Positions 36,191 through 50,400 are shown, counted from the first letter of the whole stretch. The stretch: DNA of 63,523 bases, filler included, from Choristocarpus tenellus KU-1152 (GCA_964200185.2; 8 parts of 8 records of this genome joined end to end with filler, not necessarily neighbours in it), one strand, 5' to 3'. Notes: a model not told the origin generated them from the letters alone. Translations and numbers: made by a program.

Positions 36191-37179
36191 AACCAGACAA
36201 GTGAGTGTTTACAATTGTAGTGGGAAATGTTGAGGCATGTTATGAAATTCTCACACCATCAACGATAAAATGTGTTTTCAGTATTCATAGACACGAAATA
36301 ACTAGGCACACATGATACTTGATTTAGAACAGCAACAGTGGTCGAGATCACAGCCAGATGCCATGAGCTCCGTATAAACGTAGAGATTCTGGCAGTTGTT
36401 TGTCTCCTCCTCCACCACCTCCGTCGGAAGCACAAAAATTACACGACAGATTCACTAACAAAAACTAGCTGGTAATTGGTGTGCATCAGGGGCAAGACCT
36501 GCACAGGAGGAAGACTTTGCATCAGGAACAAGACTCAAGGTAAATATCACTTTTATATTTTTCAATGTCACACGTGTGTAGGGGGGGGAAGTAGGAATAT
36601 CGCAGAGACACTGAGCCATCTAGAACAAAAACAAATTATGAGGAATCTTCAAGCCCTAACAAAAACAAAAAAATAGATGTAATTCCAGTTTTCATAACAT
36701 TTCCAGGTTCGATTTGCCTCATCCCGCCGAATTTCAATCAGATATTTTACGAAGTTTCCTTTTTCCTCACACTTAGATATTGTTACTGGCACAATATTAC
36801 AGACTATCATTATAATCACTCTCCCCATACACCCCCTCCATTTTTGGAGACCACACACCTACAGTTCCATGTATTTGTCTGGTGTGTATGTGGGGTGGAA
36901 TAGCTCGAAATATACACTTGGAAATATCATATCTGCCTCTCCTGTCATATGTCGAAGAATAGAGGTGCTATATGATTGTTTGTCTTGCTCGTACATGTGA
37001 ACAGGAGATGTGGTTGGAGGGTGATCTTGTGGGGACACAACACAAGCGACAGGTATCGTCCCATATTTTCTTCCAATGTCGGTGCAATAATAATGGTAGT
37101 ATCATTCCTAGTCTTCTTGTGACAAAAACACCATGGGAACCAGAGAAAAGCGGAATGTATAATGTCCAACCTACACGTG

Positions 37180-38280
37180 TCACTTCCTTGTTGCGAATCT
37201 TTGGACGATCCTAAACCTCCCTTCCCCTCCTCAGAGAGGCAATATATCTTCTTATTTTCGCCACGTACTGCCCTTGCTTCTACAGATATCTCCCTTCACT
37301 TCCCAGCCACAGCAGTATCCTCTTCCTTTCTGAAGGCGACAACCGTATTAAATGAGGAACACAATTTATATATGAAGGACAAACATATAGAGGTAACGAC
37401 ATCAACTCACAAGGATATTGGGGCCACCGAAAAGAGAAAATACTTGATGACTGACTATCGCTCCTGAGAGATAGATAAAACACCTGGCAAGACCTCCTTG
37501 CTGTCGATGGTGAGATCCCGAAGTGGGACAATACCTACAGGATGCCACACCCCGGCATCGGGAAAGCTGACAGCCAGTGCGGACTGTCCAACAAGGAAAG
37601 CTTGGGTGGATGGATGGTGAAAAATACCGCACATTTTCTTTTTCAAGGATTAATAGGGGGGCAGTAACGTAGATTTTGAGAGTACGCCAAATATGGCCCG
37701 TACAAGACATCCATGAAGAATGAAAATATGAACATCGTCTCCTCGCTCTCATCCTGTCCTCTTAAAAAAAAAAACCATTTTCACTATGGAACGGAGGAAG
37801 CAGTTTGGAGTACTTTCACCATGTTGGTAACTTCCGCTATTCTCGATGTTGCTACACTCTGCCACACCTGCAATATCCCTATGAGTACACATATGTGGGC
37901 GAGATGCATGGGTGAGAGAGGAGGAAGGGTGATAGAGTGAAGATGGTTGTCCCAAGTGGCGGCAGTTATCATGTCAATTCTCTTGTGGTTGGCGTAAAAA
38001 TAATAAAATGAATAGTAATTGGGTTCTCCCTATATATTGTTGCAAAGATCATAATTCGAGAAGGTGAAAAAAACCACGTGACACACAACCTGTCAAAGAC
38101 AAAGGCGTAAAGGCAATAACCCCAACCCACACGAAGGATAGTGAGGCCTGCCAAGATATACCCCCCTTCCCTTGAAAAGGCCAACAGCACGCAAGATCAT
38201 TCAAAATCGGTTAAATAGCAGTTTGCTCACCTCAGGGCCATAGCTGACCCCTCCATCGCAGTACGTTGTTGTCAACATCC
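37180..38280 (-). CDS. Possible multi-exon hypothetical gene
   Basis: Several short AG/GT-bounded protein-like segments (FLVGQSALAVSFPDAGVWHPVGIVPLRDLTIDSKEVLPG; DESEETMFIFSFFMDVLYGPYLAY); phases not fully reconciled. Confidence 0.3.
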
Positions 38281-38785
38281 TGAGGATGTGTAAACATCTA
38301 CGTCTGCTTCGTGACGCCCCGTACCCTCCGCAACAGGTCCAAAATGTTCATAAACACTAGGAAGAAAATTAGGTGTAAACTAGAATCAGGATGGACGTAT
38401 TTCCGAGGTCATCTCAGAGTTTAGTAAACTCGGACAACTGAACATTGGCATCTGTTGTGACAGTTTTTCGAGATCAATGCGCGTGCGTCCAACGATTTCC
38501 CTGTACAAGAACTTCATTTCAAGATATGCCGCAATAAGTATGGTGAATCACAGGGTGAAAATTGTGCAAACCTATACACCAAGGCATGTCGAAGAAAGCA
38601 CAAAAAACCGTAGGAAGCACTGGTTAGCCGATCGCTCCACTCTCGCACATGGTTCTCAACAGTCTGGACTACAGAGAAACCCTACTTCGCTTCAAGTGTG
38701 CCCCAAGTCACTAGGAACACATTGCGAATACTGGAAAACACCTAGTCATTGTGCATCTAGTTGGGAACGCAACATTATCGGTTCT

Positions 38786-38963
38786 GGCTCAAAGTATCGG
38801 GGGGGGGGGGAGCGTCCTGACCAGGGTATCCATTCGGGCCCTACAGGAAAAGTGGACTTCCATTATCCATCCGACGCATGCAACCAAATCACCCAAAAAT
38901 CGCGACGTGGAAAAATCGTCGAAGAATGGACAACTGGCGCTCCCCCTCCAGATACTTTGAGCC
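38786..38963. mobile_element. MITE family B, full copy (178 bp)
   Basis: Perfect 13-bp TIR GGCTCAAAGTATC/GATACTTTGAGCC; reverse homolog of 7711-7890; no clean TSD (TTCT/TCAG). Confidence 0.88.
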
Positions 38964-39759
38964 TCAGAACCTCGATGTGAATTGGAGGGTCATTCAATCC
39001 CTCAGCCGAACAGCACAATGTCTTCAATGTTTTACAGAGTTGATGTCATTGGAATGAATTTGAAGGACACATTCAACCTAAGGGGTTACTGATTTGTTAT
39101 GAGATACACCTCGTCACAGTGTTCTATGTTCTACACTAATAATATATCAGTACAAATCAAATTTGTGCAAGTAATATCTACAGAAAATGGTTCATTTCCT
39201 TTCTTTCGATTAAGTTGTTAGTATCCGATCTTGTGGAATATTCTATACGTATTAAGATTAGGATTGTTGCGATGTTAAGAAGACTGTGCCCACAAAGGAC
39301 ATCATCTGATGTCATCTGACACCAATTATTTATGTGAGGGAGTATCCTTCTATGCGGTCAAGCCAACTATTTGTAAGAAAAGTGAACCACTACAGAAAAG
39401 AGGATTCCGTTATTTTTTATCCAACAATCCACATTATATGGACATGGATAGTGATTGAAAATAGACGACTTTGCTTTTCTCCAAAGATTACTGGTCTATC
39501 TGAAGTAAAGTGGTAAATAGTCCTCAAGAAAACCTAGATGGCAATGTCAACGCTTCGAGACAGCATCAACATAGCGTTAGGGTGTAGACAGGAGTGACTT
39601 TCTGCTTCATAAGCAATGACAAAGTCGACCATGCTTGGTACCGTTGAGCATCCTCCGCGACACTGTGGTAACAATTGGCTCTACTAGGGAACGAGGATGA
39701 GGAGTAGCAGCCTGTCCAGGAGAGATGGTACCGTCTCGTGTATCCGCGTCCCAGCTATA

Positions 39760-41225
39760 GGGAGTCAGTCACCATGGATGCAGATGCTCCGAGATGAGAG
39801 CCTGGGCGACCTGGAGTCTAGGGATGGGACGATATTTCATCGCAGGTTCCACATCCCCTATACTTTCTTTGTTCAGCTCGTAGAAGAAGTAAGTTAGCAG
39901 GATTGGCTTAGCACAGGCAGGGCTCGTGCCTCTGACCGCCCTGGCATCCCCCTGGAGGCGAAGGTGTTGTCTGTCTTCCACGTTCTCAGAAGAGGAATTG
40001 CACTGGATGATACGTCTTTTCGTTGATATGAATGAGGGTATGACATGAGAGTTTTGAACTAGTGTTTTGCTAGTCCTTCAATCAACACATTTTCAAAAGC
40101 TGGATCAGGTTATTCAGGAATATGATGAGTAACTGCAACAAACTAAAAAGGCGTCGCATCATCTACAGTTCAAGGGTGCAGTGGTATCAACCGATGTAAC
40201 CCACATAAAGGTGGGACGAATGTCCAGTAATTAACACTAGGTCGTACCAAGGAAATGAAGTTTCCCCACTGTGGCGTATCAGGTCACCGTCGACCATTCC
40301 ATGCTTGTTTTGGGGGCAACTTGCTACGATGACGGCCTTATCCAGGTCGGGATGAACAAGAGGTTTACAGACTTGGAGTACACCCTGCTCGATGCAGATG
40401 GTGGGTACCACCAGGTCCGTACGCGTGGGTGTCAACCTGCTGTGCCTTGGCATTATTTCTGAGTAATATTTTTTATTATATTCAGCTTAATTTACGCAGG
40501 TGTTGTGTGGAGATTTAGGAGGATAATAATGGTGTGGACAACGAGTTTGTGAACTATACCACTAATTCTCGCACAAAGCATATACAGGAGTAGATAGTAG
40601 ACACCACTTTATTCCTTGGCTTCAATTGAAGGGGAAGATTACATTCCCATTTTTGTACTCCGTATCAGAGAGTCGATATGCATCTTTTCGTGTTTTTTTG
40701 AAATTGTCACCACTGTCCTACAAGTGTTAACAAGATGCTAAGGTGCCCGTTCAGGCACACCTTGTGTTTGAGTATGACTTGCACAAGAGTTACTCGCATT
40801 CATACGTCCCCTCTACCCCCTGAACAAAAACAGAGTGGAAGTGCCTCACGCCTCCTTACAAGGTCAACCGCAGTGACGACCAGCTGAAATGGAGTCAGCG
40901 CTTGGAGAGAGTGTGGAGAGGATATAGGGCAACTCAAAGCCCGCTTCCGTGTCCTGAAGTTGCCACTGGAGTTTCCGAGTGAGGAGAGAATCAACATATT
41001 CTACACTTGCTGCAATCTCCATAGCATGCTTCATACGTATGATGGATTAGATCGGTTTGAGCAAGGGGTTTCCTGGAGTGGGAACGATGGCCTGCATGAC
41101 GCTTATGCTGTTGACCCTTTCATCAATCAAAGTATGATGGGGTTGCGGGTAGGTGGAACTGCTTAAACTGTTGAAGTAGGGGAGGATTTTTATTCTCGGG
41201 AGAAGCTGGTGTCCCACTTCGGGTA
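39760..41225 (+). pseudogene. PIF/Harbinger-type DDE transposase (DDE_Tnp_4-like) remnant
   Basis: FHRRFHIPYTFFVQLV; IPLEAKVLSVFHVLRRG; GAVVSTDVTHI; PTVAYQVTVDH; LLDADGGY; QLKARFRVLKLP...IFYTCCNLHSML; several stops and frameshifts. Confidence 0.85.
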
Positions 41226-41236
41226 TAGAAATAGCT

Positions 41237-41303
41237 GGGTCAAAGTATCTGGGGGGGGAGTGTCGGCGTCCGTTTTTGACACTTTTTTCGATTTTCACTT
41301 TTT
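41237..41303. mobile_element. MITE terminus (family B type) at contig end, abutting the Harbinger remnant
   Basis: GGGTCAAAGTATCTGGGGGGGG. Confidence 0.65.
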
Positions 41304-42295
41304 NNNNNNNNNNNNNNNNNNNNNNNNNNNNNNNNNNNNNNNNNNNNTTAATTAATTAANNNNNNNNNNNNNNNNNNNNNNNNNNNNNNNNNNNNNNNNN
41401 NNNGTTCTGGCCTCTAATCACCCCAAAAGACCCTTACTTTGACGGCTTGAAGCACCTCGAGTTTGTACCTGATACTCCTCGACCCCCACCTTTTCTGAAA
41501 GCTGAGTTTGTCAACCCGATCTCATTCTGTGAGATTATCATCCGATTCGGCGCTGGTCTCGCTCAGTGAGCCCAGATGTTTAATGGCACAAACTTATGGC
41601 ACAGAGGTGGTATTATTTTTGATATAATGAAACACACATTACTAATCTGAAATTATCAAAACTGCTCCCATGCTTAAGCCAGGGTGTCTGATTGAAATCT
41701 GATGAACAATTGTTTTGTGTGAAAAGAGGAGTTCAGATATTCTCGATTCTATGCCCAAGCGAAGAATGTGGACATCCTTATCCATCAATATCTGCTTAAA
41801 TCACTCCTTGAAACAAGTTAGAACAAACCAGAAATGGTAAATGGGAACCGAAACGGTTGCCCTTATTCCTGAGATGTGTTATACTTGGGTAGAAAAATCA
41901 AGCAGGATGAGAGCCGGCTCTAAGGGCACGTGGTCTCCACTGAATCCTCAGACCGTTGGGGGTTTGACAGCATTACATCTTGTGCCTTTCTGCCAATCAC
42001 TACAACCTAACTAACTATAGTAGGGATTGGTCAGCAAGCAACCAAATGATTGAAAATCTTAGGCTCAGTTGATCCACAACTAGCGCAATATAAATTTGTG
42101 CAAAATCACAACTCAGGTCCACAATTCTTATCCTCTCAATCAAGACCAACCCTCACCTGCACATGTCCATCATACTATTCCTCTTCAACAACCAACCTCC
42201 CCTGCACCCTTCCCAATCCCAGGTTCTACAATATACTCATTTGAAGAATAATCCAACACCCTCAGCTGACCCCCACCACCAATAACTTGCCAAAT

Positions 42296-42553
42296 GAGCC
42301 GAAGTATCTTAGAGGGTAGAGCGGTGTCCATTTGGGGATCAAAATCCAATGCTGTGACTTTCATGTAATTTTGGCTATCATGTTTGTTAGTAAGTGTCAA
42401 TATCCTTGTTCCAGACACACCTTTTCATAATGTGTACATTTTACCTACCCCTAAACATATTGTAATAGGAAAATGTCATAAAAAAAACGTGCGAAGCCTA
42501 GCACTAAAGGGACAAACAGGGCAAAACTCGTACCCTCTAAGATACTTTCACTC
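42296..42553 (-). mobile_element. MITE family A, full copy (258 bp)
   Basis: GAGCCGAAGTATCTTAGAGGG...CCCTCTAAGATACTTTCACTC; flanks AAAT/GAAT. Confidence 0.9.
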
Positions 42554-43786
42554 GAATTGCAATCTCAACGTGAGGGCAGGACATCAGCAACAGATGTCTT
42601 ATTCAATACATGCCAATTAGAAGCTATCCTCCCCTTCACATGCCCTTTCAGCATGGAAGCCACAATGCAACTGCCAGAGTTGCTCGGTCCCAGCAAACCC
42701 AGAGAGTAGCAGACCTTCCCAGTTTTGATGCAGCGACAATAATCCTCATTGCCAAACTTCATTGAAAAACTGGCTATGGAACCTCTGCCGAATACACACG
42801 TCCACTCTTGCTGTTGACATGTTTGTTTTGTGCTTTCATTGTACCCATTTTGCTCTGACCTCATCCTGTCTCAACGTGAAGATAACATGAACGCCATGAC
42901 TATTTGAACGGGCCTTAGCTTCATATTGCACACTCGTCTGCCCCACTACAAAATCCTCTGGGAGTTTAATAACAATAAGCTTGCACCAGATGAATTCTGA
43001 TCAATTACACACTTGGAGATTCCTTCCTACACAGCCATATGTGAAAGAATTGCTTGCTCACTATGACCTCACCCACCCACCCACAAAGACACATTCACAT
43101 TCACCCCTCCCAACACATATTCAGTCTCTCTTCTTCTATGCTATGTAGTCCACTAGGTGTTGGTGCAGTATCTCATCCTTTCGACATCCTATTTCATATC
43201 GGCTATATGTTTTGTTTGTACATGCAAAGGTCAGGTTGTGCTTGGACCTGCTGGGGGCCGTATTTTTACCACATTGAGTGTTCGAATGTCATCATAACGT
43301 CTCTCTTTGGTGTAGCCCTGAGACATCCCAGCCAATGTAAATATATCTTCAGCTGAACTATTTTTAGTTCATATCCCTCACTGCTAATATACCAACAGTG
43401 CATGCATGCACAAGTAGATACACAGGTGGTAGGGTTCGTTGTTCCTACCCATAGTGCTTACCCACATGACTTATTCCAATAAGCCCACAATAGTAACCCC
43501 ATCGATCTCTAACTGCCATTTTTTGTATGGGAATCCAAGCCTGCTGAGACAAGGATCCGCTAGCACTGGAATGCTGAGGCACTATTGAGGATTGGTTGAA
43601 GTGTTTGTCCCACGTAACTCCCCCCCTCACCCCAATTCCCCTTACATGCAGACATTCTTACCTCAAAGTGAATCTCCTTTCACAAAGTCAAGTCTCCAGA
43701 GTAGTAATAAGAAGACAGCGTACTGTAATTCGCAACTGCACTCTTTGCAAGATGAGATCCAAATAGTCCTGAGGAAAGTTGAAGAG

Positions 43787-46290
43787 GCAAGTCCTTGGGG
43801 ATCCTCAGTCCTGAGTTTAATACCGATTCTTGCCCTATTCAGAGTCAATGCTAGGGTCATTGAGGGCTTGGACCTGAGGCGCTCATACAAATCGGGCAAG
43901 AATTGAGCTGATATTCAGGACTGAGAACCCCAGAGACTTGATGCCCTTTTGCGTTTCTCCTCTCACCGCCTCAAAACCTCTCCCAAGCAATTCTTTGTCT
44001 CAGTTCTCTGGAGATTCAATGCAAGCTTGGTACTACTACTTGGCAGCACCCTCCTTAATCATGATCATCATCCCAGCAGGGTGTTTTTAGTTCAGATTCA
44101 TTGATAGGGTCGTTGAGGGCTTGAAGCAGAAGTGCTTGCACAAATTGGGAAAGAATTGCGATGATATCCAGGACTGAGGACCCCAGGAACTTGGTGCCCT
44201 TTTGCTTTTCTCCTCTCATCGCCTCAAAATCTCTCCCAGGCAATTCTCTGTTCTTGTCCTCTAGAGATTCAATGCGAGCTTGGTGATGTTGCTTGGCAGC
44301 ACATGATCACCATCCCAGTAGGGTGTTTTTAGTTCTGAGTCTATGGTAGGGTCATTGAGGGCATGGACTAGAGACACTAACGCATGTTGGGCAAGCATCG
44401 GGATGATATTCAAGGCTGAGGACCCCCAGGGACTTGATGCCCTTTTATGTTTCTCCTCTCACCGCCTCTAAATCTCTCCCAAGCAATTCTCTGTTTCAGT
44501 TCTCTGGACATTCAATGCAAGCTTGGTCTTGTTGTTTGGCAGCACCCTCCTCAGTCATGATCGTCATCCGAGTATGGTGTTGTTATTTGAGGGTCAATGG
44601 TAGGATCATTGAGAGCTTGGACCAGAGGTGCTTACACATGTTGGGCAAGAATCGGGATGGCATTCAGGACTGAGGACCCCCAGGGACTTGATGCCCTTTT
44701 ATGTTTCTCCTCCCACTACCTCTAAATATCTCCCAAGCAATTCTCTCTTCTCTTTCTCTAGAGATTGGGTAAGAATCGAGATGGTATTGAGGACTGAGGA
44801 CCCCCAGGGACTTGATGCCCTTTTGTGTTTCTCCTCTCACCGCCTCTAAGTCTCTCCCCAAGCAATTCTCTGTTCTCTTTATCTAGAGAGTCAATGCGAG
44901 CTTGGTCTTGTTGCTTGGCAACCCCCTCCTCAGTCATGATCGTCATCCCAGTAGGGGTTTTTTAGTTGATGGTCTATGGCAAGGTCATTGAGGGCTTGGA
45001 GCAGAAGCGCTTACAAAAATTGGGCTGATGTTCAGGACTAATGAACCCCAAGGACTTGATACCCCTTTGCCTTTCTCCCCTCATCACCATTATAGATCTC
45101 CCCTAGTAATTCTCTGTTCTCGTCCTCTAGAGATTCAATGCACGCTTGGTACTGCTGCTTGGCAGCCCCCTACTGAGTCATGACCGTTATCCCAGTAGGG
45201 TGTTAGCTCTGAGTCAATGGTAGGGTCATTGAGAGCTTGGACCAGAGGCACCTATGCATATTCGACGAGAATTGGGCTGATATTCAGGACTGAGGATCCC
45301 CAGGGACTTGATATCCTTTGGTTTTTCTAATTGTATGGGAAGCTTCGGATGTGGAGGGAGGAGAAACGCAAAAGGGCATCAAGTCTTTAGGGGTCCTCAG
45401 TTCTGAAATGCAGTTCCATTCTTGGCCAATTTGAGTAACACCTCTGCATCATGCCCTCAATGAGCCTAGCATTGACTCTGAACTAAACAAGACCCACTGA
45501 GATGGCGATTATGACTCAGAAGGGCGCTGCCAAGCCACAATATCTAAATCTCTGGATGCCTGGATTTTTTTCTTTCCTCTGTTAATACCTCCAGATTGTT
45601 CATTACCCTTTTTTTTGGCCGCTACTCCAGACACCCCAGCAGAGCACTCCTTTACATATTCATTTATCATCTTCACTAGTGAGTGCTCTGTTCTCGTCCT
45701 CCATAGATTTAGTGTGAGTTAGATATTGTTGCTTGTCAGCGCATTGCTGAGCCATGGCCATCATCCCAGTAGAGTGTTGTTAGTTCAGGGTCAACAATTG
45801 GGTCATTCAGGACTTGGAGCAGAGGCGTTTGCTCAAATTGAGGAAGAATCGGGATGGAATTCAGGACTGGGGACCTCAAGGGACTTGACGCCCTTTTTAT
45901 TTTTTAACTGCTGAGGAGAGCTTTAGAGGCAGTGAGAGGAGAATGATAAGGGGCATGAAGAGCCTTGTGGTCTTCAGTCCTGAATTTCAGCCTGATTCTT
46001 GCCCAGTTGAGTGAACGCCTCTGCCTCAATCCCTGAATGAGCCTAGCATTTACTCTGAATTGACCACCCCCACTGGGATAATGATTATGAATCCGGAGGC
46101 CGCTGCCAAGTAACAGTATCTAACTCACATTAAATATTTGGAGAACGATAACAGAGCAGTAGTGAAGAGGGTATCAGGCATGGAACCCCTGAAGGAGTGC
46201 TCTGCTGGTGTATCTGGAGTAACGGCAATCAAAAGGCTTAATTAAGAATCCGTAGGTATCACTAGAGGAAAGAACAAAAACCAGGCACCA
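43787..46290. repeat. ~250-bp tandem array with orientation switches and a ~350-bp-arm palindrome
   Basis: GACTTGATGCCCTTTT-like anchor at 43935, 44188, 44431, 44685, 44809, 45053, 45305, 45882; reverse-orientation copies at ~43787-43834, ~45355-45540 and ~45915-46290; 45555-45900 pairs with 45930-46290. Confidence 0.9.
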
Positions 46291-47489
46291 ATTGCGACTG
46301 CTGAAACAAGAGCTCAGAAAACTTCGCATCAGTGTAAGGAAAAGAAAAACGTCTTGATGGGTGAGGATATAGCATTCTTACACTGGAGGGTGTATATCTG
46401 GGCAGGGTCAAAGTATGTTCTATATTTTAAACTATGTATGGGTGGGACATAGTTGAACCACGAGAAAATTCATAATCACATACACACATATCAAATCAGA
46501 TCAGATAACATAGGGGTGGACTAAAATGGTAAAGTATGACATGTACAAAGAAGGGGCTAGTTCGTTGATGGGCAGTTCCTGTGCCTCCATGTTCCACAGT
46601 ATCAAGTGGTGCAGGCAGCAATATTGAAAAGGATAAAAGGGTGACCCCATTGCCCTCCTTGTTCGAGCTCTGTACGAAGTTGACATGCTGTACCAAAGGA
46701 ACGTAGCTATTTACATCTACTTGATCGTTCAGGGATTAGTTATATAGAGTCGCCTTATGGTATGATGTTGCTGGTTGGCTCACATCACTCACCTTATCAT
46801 GGGGGGATAATTGCTGTCCCCACTTTGACATGTTTTTCGATATTCTAGGGCACTACCCATGTGAATCATCCCTTCAAGACAGATCACTTTCAGTGCAGTT
46901 GTGCCATCATCACCTATGAGAAGTTGAGAAAGAACAAGCTAGAGTGTGGACAGCAGAACAGACTCGACCTGCATTTGCCACCTGGAAGTTGGACTTTCAA
47001 CCAAACGAAGCACGACAACCGCCTTCACTCAGTCATTGACCCCACTTTCTCATATTGCTTTGTCATTTCCTCAACTTTGCATCCCTCTCAGGTCTCCGAC
47101 CTGGTGTGAGCGTTAATGGTTGCCACTCCACCCCTTAGAGCTGGAGTGACCATCTATGTTAAGATGAATTTGTATTATATGAGGCCATTTATGTTAGTCT
47201 GTAGAGTAGCAACAAATTGTTAGAACCAGCTGTCCACCACAAAGAAGCACAAGGTATGCCCACATGTACAATGCAAGAGCAACTCCAAAAAGCAAAAAAT
47301 GTTGTCACTTGCTTATCAGAGGAACAGTAGCAGGAATATAATCTTTGGCTGGATTCCACCTCCTACCAGCGAGATCAGTACGTTCACTGCTATTTCAGGT
47401 TGCGTGCCAACTCACAAACTCACTGCAAATGTTTCAGCTCTTCACTGTCCTCAACGGAATTGGAACTAATCCTCTAATCTATTTCACAG

Positions 47490-50400
47490 ACGGAGTGACC
47501 CTGAGACTCAAATGGGGATCAGGAACCCTAAGAATACCAACAGTTATGAGTACCGCACCATCCAGGTGAGGCAGGGGCTACATTGTAGTGTGTGCAGGAG
47601 GGAAATGAATGAGTACAAGCAGCGGGGGGGCACAATATTCATTCATTGAGACAGACAGTGCAGCGGATTTTGAGTGCACCAGACCAAGTGATTGTCCTTG
47701 GTTATGAATTATTTTTGTACTGCAGACTTGAGAGCACTTCACCCCTGTCTACTCTGGCTGTCCCAGGGTGTGACCAACTTCATCACGCTCACCAACTATC
47801 CCATGACCTGGATCCGAATCCTCAGCCGTGGCTTCACTGCCCAACTTCATCTATACCCTACAGAAGAAGGGCACTGTGCGATCTAATCTTCAGTCCGAGG
47901 AAGGTATCATACGGTCTGCATGTGCTAGAGCCCTTACTTTGATTTTATTGAATGTGTAGTCCTTGCACACCTTCCACGCCTGAATATACCCTCAAGCCTG
48001 AACTTCAGTACCGCGGAGTTGGCTCAAGAGTGCATCCTATGATTTGTGTCGTTGTAAGAACAACTACTGGATGGAGTATACCACCATAGTGTATATATAT
48101 AATATATATACTAACCCTAACCCTAATCCTAACCCTAACCCTAACCCAAGCAATGCCACTTTTCCTTGTAGAAAGCATTCTTATATCCGACACGGCAAGA
48201 GAGCTCCTAACCCTTCACAGATGTCCCCAGAGGAACACTCTGAATAAGAGATCAGAGGGGGTTCCAAGGGTTAATCTTTTGTTTGACTTTTGCCATATTG
48301 TACTTAGAAGTAGAAAAAACAAAACAATAGCCTTCCATCTGTACAATAACCCATTGCTTCAAAGTAGGACAACATAAGGAGTCAAAGCATCTTAGAGGGT
48401 AGAGCCGCGTCCAATTGGGGGCCAAAATCCAATGTTGCAATTTTGATGTAATTTTGGCTATCCTATTTGTTAGGAAGTGTCAATATCCTTGTTCCAGACA
48501 TATAAATGATACCTACTCTAAAACATACACATCTTAAATACTCCGAAACATTTCCGAATAGAAAATTATAATAAAAAAACCCCAAGGGAAGTCAACCTCC
48601 AAACGGACAAAAAAGGCAAACCTCGTACCCTCTAAGATCCTTTCACTCTAAGGGATGATCCACCTTCTATAAATATGACAAAGACATGCATAAAATTGAG
48701 GGTATGGCTTGTATCCATGCTAGCAATGCTCCCTCTGTCAAGCTCCCAAGGTTGTGAAATTTAGCAACCCAACTATCTCCTCTCTGCGCATGCACACAAT
48801 GAACAAATACCTATGCAGTGCCTCAAACAATATGTGCATACAAACAAAGAAATTCGTTTAGCTTTACCCCCTGCAGACGCAGCCTGCATTACAATCATGC
48901 ATATGTGCAATAGTAACCCCTTAACAAAACAATTCACTACAGGGGTGGATGCACTGACCCGAGACAAGAAGGGTTTGGGCAAGGCCAGGGGGAATACGCC
49001 TTGGAAGATGCCCAGGAGTTCTTAGCTTGTCTCCTGTGAATAGTGGCAATGGAGGAGGATCAAGTACGGGCACAGCACCGTCCCAGGGTCAACACAGCAG
49101 CTTTGGGGTAAGATTGAGGTATGACACCTCCATTAGAATACTTGATAAAATCATTTGAGGCTACCAGTTGATTCAATATGATCAAGGTAGATTGTCACCA
49201 CAAGATGAGAAATTCACCCAGAGTGTGCCCTTGAGGTGTGTTTTCCACAAATCAGGAAGCCTGCTGGAGGGGCTCACACTGAGCAGGAGTTGGGCAACTC
49301 ACCATGGCCACCACAAAAAATCTAGGTCCCAAGAGTGCTTGAATTCATATGCGAGTCCCTCTACAAAGATTCTACAACGCCTTACCCTGCTAGACTACGT
49401 ACAAGTGTATGGGAGGCTGTACCGATCAAGAGTGCATGCCAGTTCTGCTCAAGGAGGTGGAAGGAGCAGAGCTGATCCGTCAGCTCATGCGTGCCTTCGA
49501 GTGTCCTCAGGTCGACAACCTGAGCAGTGCAATTGTGAAGGATCTTGACTTAGAAGGACTGGTAAGTAGGCTGAGTGTAGATGAGGACAACATGCAAGTG
49601 ACCTATCTGGTTCACTCTTCCTTCTACTCTGGCGTCGTACAGGAGTTTTTTTTGGCTCAGTTACGCTCTCATTGGTTGGGTTTGTGTTGCCTCTCTCTGT
49701 AGTTAGTCTCTCTCCTCGGACGTAGCCTTTTCCCTCTAGTGTCTTGTTTTCACTTGTTCGTTTCCAATCCTTCCCTCTGATCATTCTACAATCTGGCCTT
49801 TTCAGAAGAGGAGAATATGCCCGTATCATTAGAGGCTAACAGAGGGCATTACAGTGATGTGGTCCCATCTCCCAAATGACCTCATCCTACATTGCCCGAG
49901 GTACGCATTTGACAAGAAGATAAATGCCATCAAGCTGGTAAAGACCAGAGTGACAATTCCTGTGGTGCTAGACCCCACTACTGCATTCTCCACCTGTGAT
50001 GTGTGCAACCTTAATCTCGTTAGGCCAGACAATGTGAGCTGGGTTCAGGGAGATGTGGGGATTGCCATCATTATATTTATGTATATTTTGCCACCAAGAA
50101 GAAATCTCCAGAACTCTTTCCTTCTTGCAGGCTTCGCTATTCGAGGAACTTGATGGATTCAATATATGAAGCACCCCACCCTACCCGACCCTTCTCCTCC
50201 ACTCCCCTAAACAACTAGTGGCTGACTCTCTTTGGGGTGGGAAGAAAAATTGTCCGGAACGTTCCCGTGTCAGACGGATATCTAGACTCTGAAGTGAATG
50301 TAATGAACACTGCTGACATTATGGGACAATCTTCCAAAATGGTTCAATAGAGAATACTCTGCTATACTCTCGTTGCTTCCTATTCCTACTATATTTCTTG

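Noticed and set aside
38477-38980. 167-aa ORF
   Set aside because: Its 3' third is read-through of a family B MITE; no motif.
39760-41303. Harbinger remnant as the autonomous partner of the MITEs
   Set aside because: The terminus at 41237 points away from the transposase, as for an independent insertion, and most MITE TSDs are 4 bp and not TWA. Not formally excluded.
48111-48147. Telomere
   Set aside because: Only about six hexamers and internal to the contig: an interstitial microsatellite, not a chromosome end.
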